Shown here piece by piece: positions 7,013-9,491 of a stretch of 9,491 nt of DNA. Both the position numbers and the translations under genes were made by a program. Every line of letters begins with the position of its first letter. Positions within the stretch are counted from its first letter, which is position 1. Origin of the DNA: a virus (taxonomy: Duplodnaviria; Heunggongvirae; Uroviricota; Caudoviricetes); IMG/VR virus record IMGVR_UViG_2547132272_000017, positions 1-9,491 of that record. One strand, written 5' to 3'. Below the pieces are notes generated by a model. The model did no database searches, had not been told where the DNA came from, and saw only the letters and a program-made list of their open reading frames with translations.

Positions 7013-7014
7013 AT
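6986..7014 (+). promoter_or_regulatory. Near-consensus sigma70 promoter (TTGACA, 17 bp, TATTAT): PL analogue
   Basis: -35 TTGACA at 6986-6991, 17-bp spacer, -10 TATTAT at 7009-7014; about 50 nt upstream of the ATG at 7064. Confidence 0.7.
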
Positions 7015-7063
7015 CATGGCATAGGTATCGAACTCACCAAAGCAATTATAGAGGATGAGAAAA

Positions 7064-7561
7064 ATGTCATCGTATATGGGGTTACCAACAAATCAGCACG
7101 ATGCTCTTGAGAATATTCAACTCTTAGTAGGGGCTGGTGCACTACTGTATAGCAGCAATAATCCTGAGTTAATTGAACTTGCCAGCTCCATCCTGGCTGT
7201 AACTCAAAAATACAGCCTCACCGCGTCGCGTTTATGCAAACAAAATTTAGCTATTAATTCCCAGAATCGGATTCGCACCCAACGCGAAGCCTGCGGCTTA
7301 ACAACCGCCGAACTCGCCAGGCTGCTCGATCTCGATGAAGAAATTATCATCCAGTGGGAGAGCGGAGAGTATGAACCAACTATCAGTATGCTTATCCCAC
7401 TGGCAAATATTCTTGGCTGCGATCCGATGTGGCTGTTAACTGGCGAAGTTACTCCTCCGGAGCAACCAAAAAGTGAGGAGCAGCAACACCATGACGCATC
7501 TCAACAAGTTTGCTCCTTATCTCGCGAAGCTCTTCTACGGAAGAACCAATACCAATGGTGA
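7064..7561 (+). CDS. XRE-family HTH protein with an uncharacterised N-terminal region (166 aa); first gene of the leftward operon
   Basis: SD GAGGA 8 nt before the ATG at 7064. HTH_XRE signature in the C-terminal half (IRTQREACGLTTAELARLLDLDEEIIIQWESGEYEPTISMLIPLANILG). No Arg-rich N-type motif. Confidence 0.7.
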   Translation: MSSYMGLPTNQHDALENIQLLVGAGALLYSSNNPELIELASSILAVTQKYSLTASRLCKQNLAINSQNRIRTQREACGLTTAELARLLDLDEEIIIQWESGEYEPTISMLIPLANILGCDPMWLLTGEVTPPEQPKSEEQQHHDASQQVCSLSREALLRKNQYQW

Positions 7562-7689
7562 CATAATCGCCGCTTCGCCCCTCAAGGTACATGCGAACAT
7601 TTTTATCAATCATTGCGGAAACAGTCTCAATATGAAAACACTTCTGAGACTCGCTATATAGCAGAACATATAAGTCAGCTGAGGAAGCC

Positions 7690-8055
7690 ATGAAAAAGTT
7701 CGAAAACATAACTGTTCTCCATGTTGATGACTTTGATTATACAAACCCGGAACCTCTCCCGGAGGTTGTAAAGGCAATAGATGTTGCCGATATAGTGATT
7801 AGAGGAAAGAGAATTGTCAAAAACAGGCTCGCATGCACTTCAGGAGCAATGACAAAAACAACCTCACAACAAGATGATTATGAAGGCATTTGTCTGGAGC
7901 CGGACTCATTTGCGGTAAATGTTTATCATTTATTGCATGCAACACAGGTATTACATATGTCCAGTAATCACGAAACAAAAACACTTGGCAGCGAAATTCT
8001 GAATTTTGCATGTGAATATGCAAAAGCTGCTGCCGAAAAAGAATTAGCGCAATAA
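7690..8055 (+). CDS. Hypothetical protein (121 aa)
   Basis: ATG at 7690 preceded by GAGGA. AT-rich codon usage matching the neighbouring + strand genes. No recognised motif. Confidence 0.6.
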   Translation: MKKFENITVLHVDDFDYTNPEPLPEVVKAIDVADIVIRGKRIVKNRLACTSGAMTKTTSQQDDYEGICLEPDSFAVNVYHLLHATQVLHMSSNHETKTLGSEILNFACEYAKAAAEKELAQ

Positions 8056-8253
8056 CAACAAATATGCCATGAACGTTTATTACGGTTTTATCGCCGGGGA
8101 TTGTTGCAACCTTTATTCATAGAGGTAACTCAGTTATGACTTTCCTGAAAAATAAGGCATCGTATAAAACTGCCTGCCTCATTGCACAACATGGAGATTC
8201 TTATCTTCATATAGCCAACCTGTATTTGCGCAAAGCATATGGGAGATAAATAA

Positions 8254-8442
8254 ATGAAAGAAAAACAACAGAACATAACACATGAAAAAGTAAGAGTGTT
8301 GTTGACCATTGAAAATGGGAAAGTGATTTACTCAAAACATCTGTCGGATGATGAATTCGTTGGCTGCATGGATACATTTCTGTGGATGGTAAAAAGAGCG
8401 GGTTACACGATTATTCCACCAGCAAAGGAACAAACATTATGA
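8254..8442 (+). CDS. Hypothetical small protein (62 aa), translationally coupled to the downstream gene
   Basis: SD GGGAGA 7 nt before the ATG at 8254. Stop TGA overlaps the next ATG (ATGA at 8439-8442). Confidence 0.55.
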   Translation: MKEKQQNITHEKVRVLLTIENGKVIYSKHLSDDEFVGCMDTFLWMVKRAGYTIIPPAKEQTL

Positions 8443-9020
8443 ATTATTCAGAGTTCCGACCAGAAGTTACGCCACATGGCATAAAAATTGGCAATACAAC
8501 CATTGATTATGTTGAGGCCGTACAGCGACTTAATGATGGTGAATACGATTATCCAAACTCACACGGTTTAAGAATCATGCAATGTATTGCTGAAGCCGAT
8601 GATGCAGGGTTGCTGGGACGATTTTCAGTCGATATGAAAGTTGCTCAATGGCGATGGCTGTATGTGACTACGTTTATAAATGAAGAGAAAGACAAGAACG
8701 GTACCGTTGATATCCCTAACGATAATGGAACTACAGATCGCGCAGTTATTTACAAGGGGAAACATGGTTGCCTGAGTATCTACCCCGGACCACTTCGCAT
8801 TGCCCTGCAAAACCATGTCGAATGGGGATTTATTGAAAAATATGGCGAAGCTGAAGGCATGGGGCGAGTTCTGTTTCTCTATCAAAAAATGCTCATCGCA
8901 GATCCTGATAATGGTTTCATTATCTCTGCTATGGGGCGCGAAGGGCTTGAACTCCTTCTGGATGAAATGATTCACGATCTGAATACTCATGGTATGCCAG
9001 AAGCGCCAGTGACACATTAA
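8439..9020 (+). CDS. Hypothetical protein (193 aa)
   Basis: ATG at 8439 with SD AAGGAA 8 nt upstream and ATGA overlap with the 62-aa gene. The ORF track's longer form starts at a GTG (8382) with no RBS. Soluble-looking, no recognised catalytic motif. Confidence 0.65.
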   Translation: MNYSEFRPEVTPHGIKIGNTTIDYVEAVQRLNDGEYDYPNSHGLRIMQCIAEADDAGLLGRFSVDMKVAQWRWLYVTTFINEEKDKNGTVDIPNDNGTTDRAVIYKGKHGCLSIYPGPLRIALQNHVEWGFIEKYGEAEGMGRVLFLYQKMLIADPDNGFIISAMGREGLELLLDEMIHDLNTHGMPEAPVTH

Positions 9021-9027
9021 ATATTAA

Positions 9028-9052
9028 GAAGAATATAATTCTTCCGTTTTTT
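9028..9052 (+). terminator. Candidate intrinsic terminator (AT-rich 7-bp stem GAAGAAT / ATTCTTC, loop ATA, T6)
   Basis: Read directly, 8 nt after the stop of the 193-aa gene. The stem is weak (two G-C pairs), so efficiency is uncertain. Confidence 0.45.
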
Positions 9053-9065
9053 ACTAACCGTTTAT

Positions 9066-9173
9066 ATGAAAAGCAACCGTGAATTAAGCAGAGTAAAACT
9101 GATTTTAATCCTTGCCACAGTGCTGACACTAACTGAAATCATTATTCTCTTTATTGCGCTGTCAGTCGGTTAA
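9066..9173 (+). CDS. Candidate small hydrophobic peptide (35 aa, single predicted transmembrane helix)
   Basis: ATG at 9066; MKSNRELSRVK followed by a hydrophobic stretch (LILILATVLTLTEIIILFIALSV). No SD; below the ORF-track size cutoff. Confidence 0.25.
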   Translation: MKSNRELSRVKLILILATVLTLTEIIILFIALSVG

Positions 9174-9196
9174 AAATATCGGGATACCACAGACCA

Positions 9197-9385
9197 ATGA
9201 GACTGTATTTCACAATAGTAATTTTACTGGCAATTATCGCATGCATTTACGGATTACTCGTTCCGTTCCTTATATCCATGAAGGATACGATAGCAGTTAT
9301 TTCTGGCTTTGCACTGGCGTTTCTGACCCCGCCCTGCATTTATGCCATTTACAAGGGTCTTTCTTTCACTAAGGATAAAAGATGA
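9197..9385 (+). CDS. Small membrane protein (62 aa, two predicted transmembrane segments, charged C-terminus)
   Basis: Hydrophobic segments FTIVILLAIIACIYGLLVPFLI and IAVISGFALAFLTPPCIYAIY. Weak SD. Stop overlaps the next ATG (ATGA). Confidence 0.5.
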   Translation: MRLYFTIVILLAIIACIYGLLVPFLISMKDTIAVISGFALAFLTPPCIYAIYKGLSFTKDKR

Positions 9386-9477
9386 AAAAAATTATTTTTG
9401 CTTTAGCCATTGTTCTGCCGACTATTGGCCTTGTCGGTTGCGATCGCGTTGAACCAGGTAATGGCTTTGTTGAATAA
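9382..9477 (+). CDS. Tiny putative lipoprotein precursor (31 aa; signal peptide plus lipobox LVGC)
   Basis: SD AAGGA 6 nt before the ATG at 9382. MKKIIFALAIVLPTIGLVG|CDRVEPGNGFVE: n-region, h-region and lipobox Cys at residue 20. ATGA-coupled to the upstream membrane-protein ORF. Confidence 0.4.
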   Translation: MKKIIFALAIVLPTIGLVGCDRVEPGNGFVE

Positions 9478-9491
9478 ATCGAACTTTTGCT

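Noticed and set aside
8102-8109. Short perfect palindromes such as GTTGCAAC (8102-8109) and GCTATATAGC (7653-7662) as possible operators
   Set aside because: Palindromes of 8-10 bp are expected several times by chance in 9.5 kb and do not match the ATCG-N6-CGAT operator motif; only noted as part of the spacer description.
8382-8438. Longer start (GTG at 8382) for the 193-aa gene
   Set aside because: No RBS before the GTG, whereas the ATG at 8439 has AAGGAA at good spacing and overlaps the upstream stop; kept as an alternative only.
6326-9372. ORF-track entries 6326..6514(-), 6539..6769(-), 6913..7110(+), 7449..7709(-), 7817..8023(-), 8625..9017(-), 8929..9129(-), 9154..9372(+)
   Set aside because: Antisense or out-of-frame to better-supported genes (cI and accessory genes), or spanning a terminator and promoter (6913..7110). 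Composition is typical of the reverse strand of AT-rich coding sequence.
1-9491. Search for CRISPR repeats, tRNA/rRNA genes, IS elements with terminal inverted repeats, integrase or attachment sites
   Set aside because: No regularly spaced repeat array, no tRNA-like structure, and no transposase or integrase ORF is visible. The window looks like an internal prophage segment without a boundary.

Overview
This window reads as the immunity/early-regulatory and replication region of a lambdoid (lambda/P22-like) enterobacterial prophage. At the centre, a cI-like repressor (HTH plus LexA-type S24 autopeptidase, + strand, 6228-6920) and a Cro-like YdaS-type HTH protein (- strand, 5863-6108) diverge from an operator-rich control region. 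The rightward early operon runs on the minus strand: cro, a hairpin, a convergent + strand small gene, an Rha-family regulator, three tightly coupled unknown proteins (220/74/99 aa), an O-like replication initiator carrying internal tandem repeats, a DnaC-like loader and a DnaB-like helicase, with a partial ORF at the left edge. Leftward on the + strand, cI is followed by a strong intrinsic terminator and a near-consensus sigma70 promoter overlapped by two copies of the same operator motif found beside cro (a PL/OL analogue). That promoter heads a visibly AT-richer block of uncharacterised genes: an HTH protein (166 aa), a 121-aa protein, an overlapping 62-aa + 193-aa pair, a terminator, then three tiny membrane/lipoprotein ORFs. 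No rRNA, tRNA, CRISPR array, IS element or integrase was recognised. The best candidate for an undescribed system is this PL-side block, especially the coupled 62/193-aa pair; a secondary candidate is the coupled 220/74/99-aa trio ahead of the replication genes. None of these can be assigned a function from sequence alone, and novelty cannot be confirmed without database searches.
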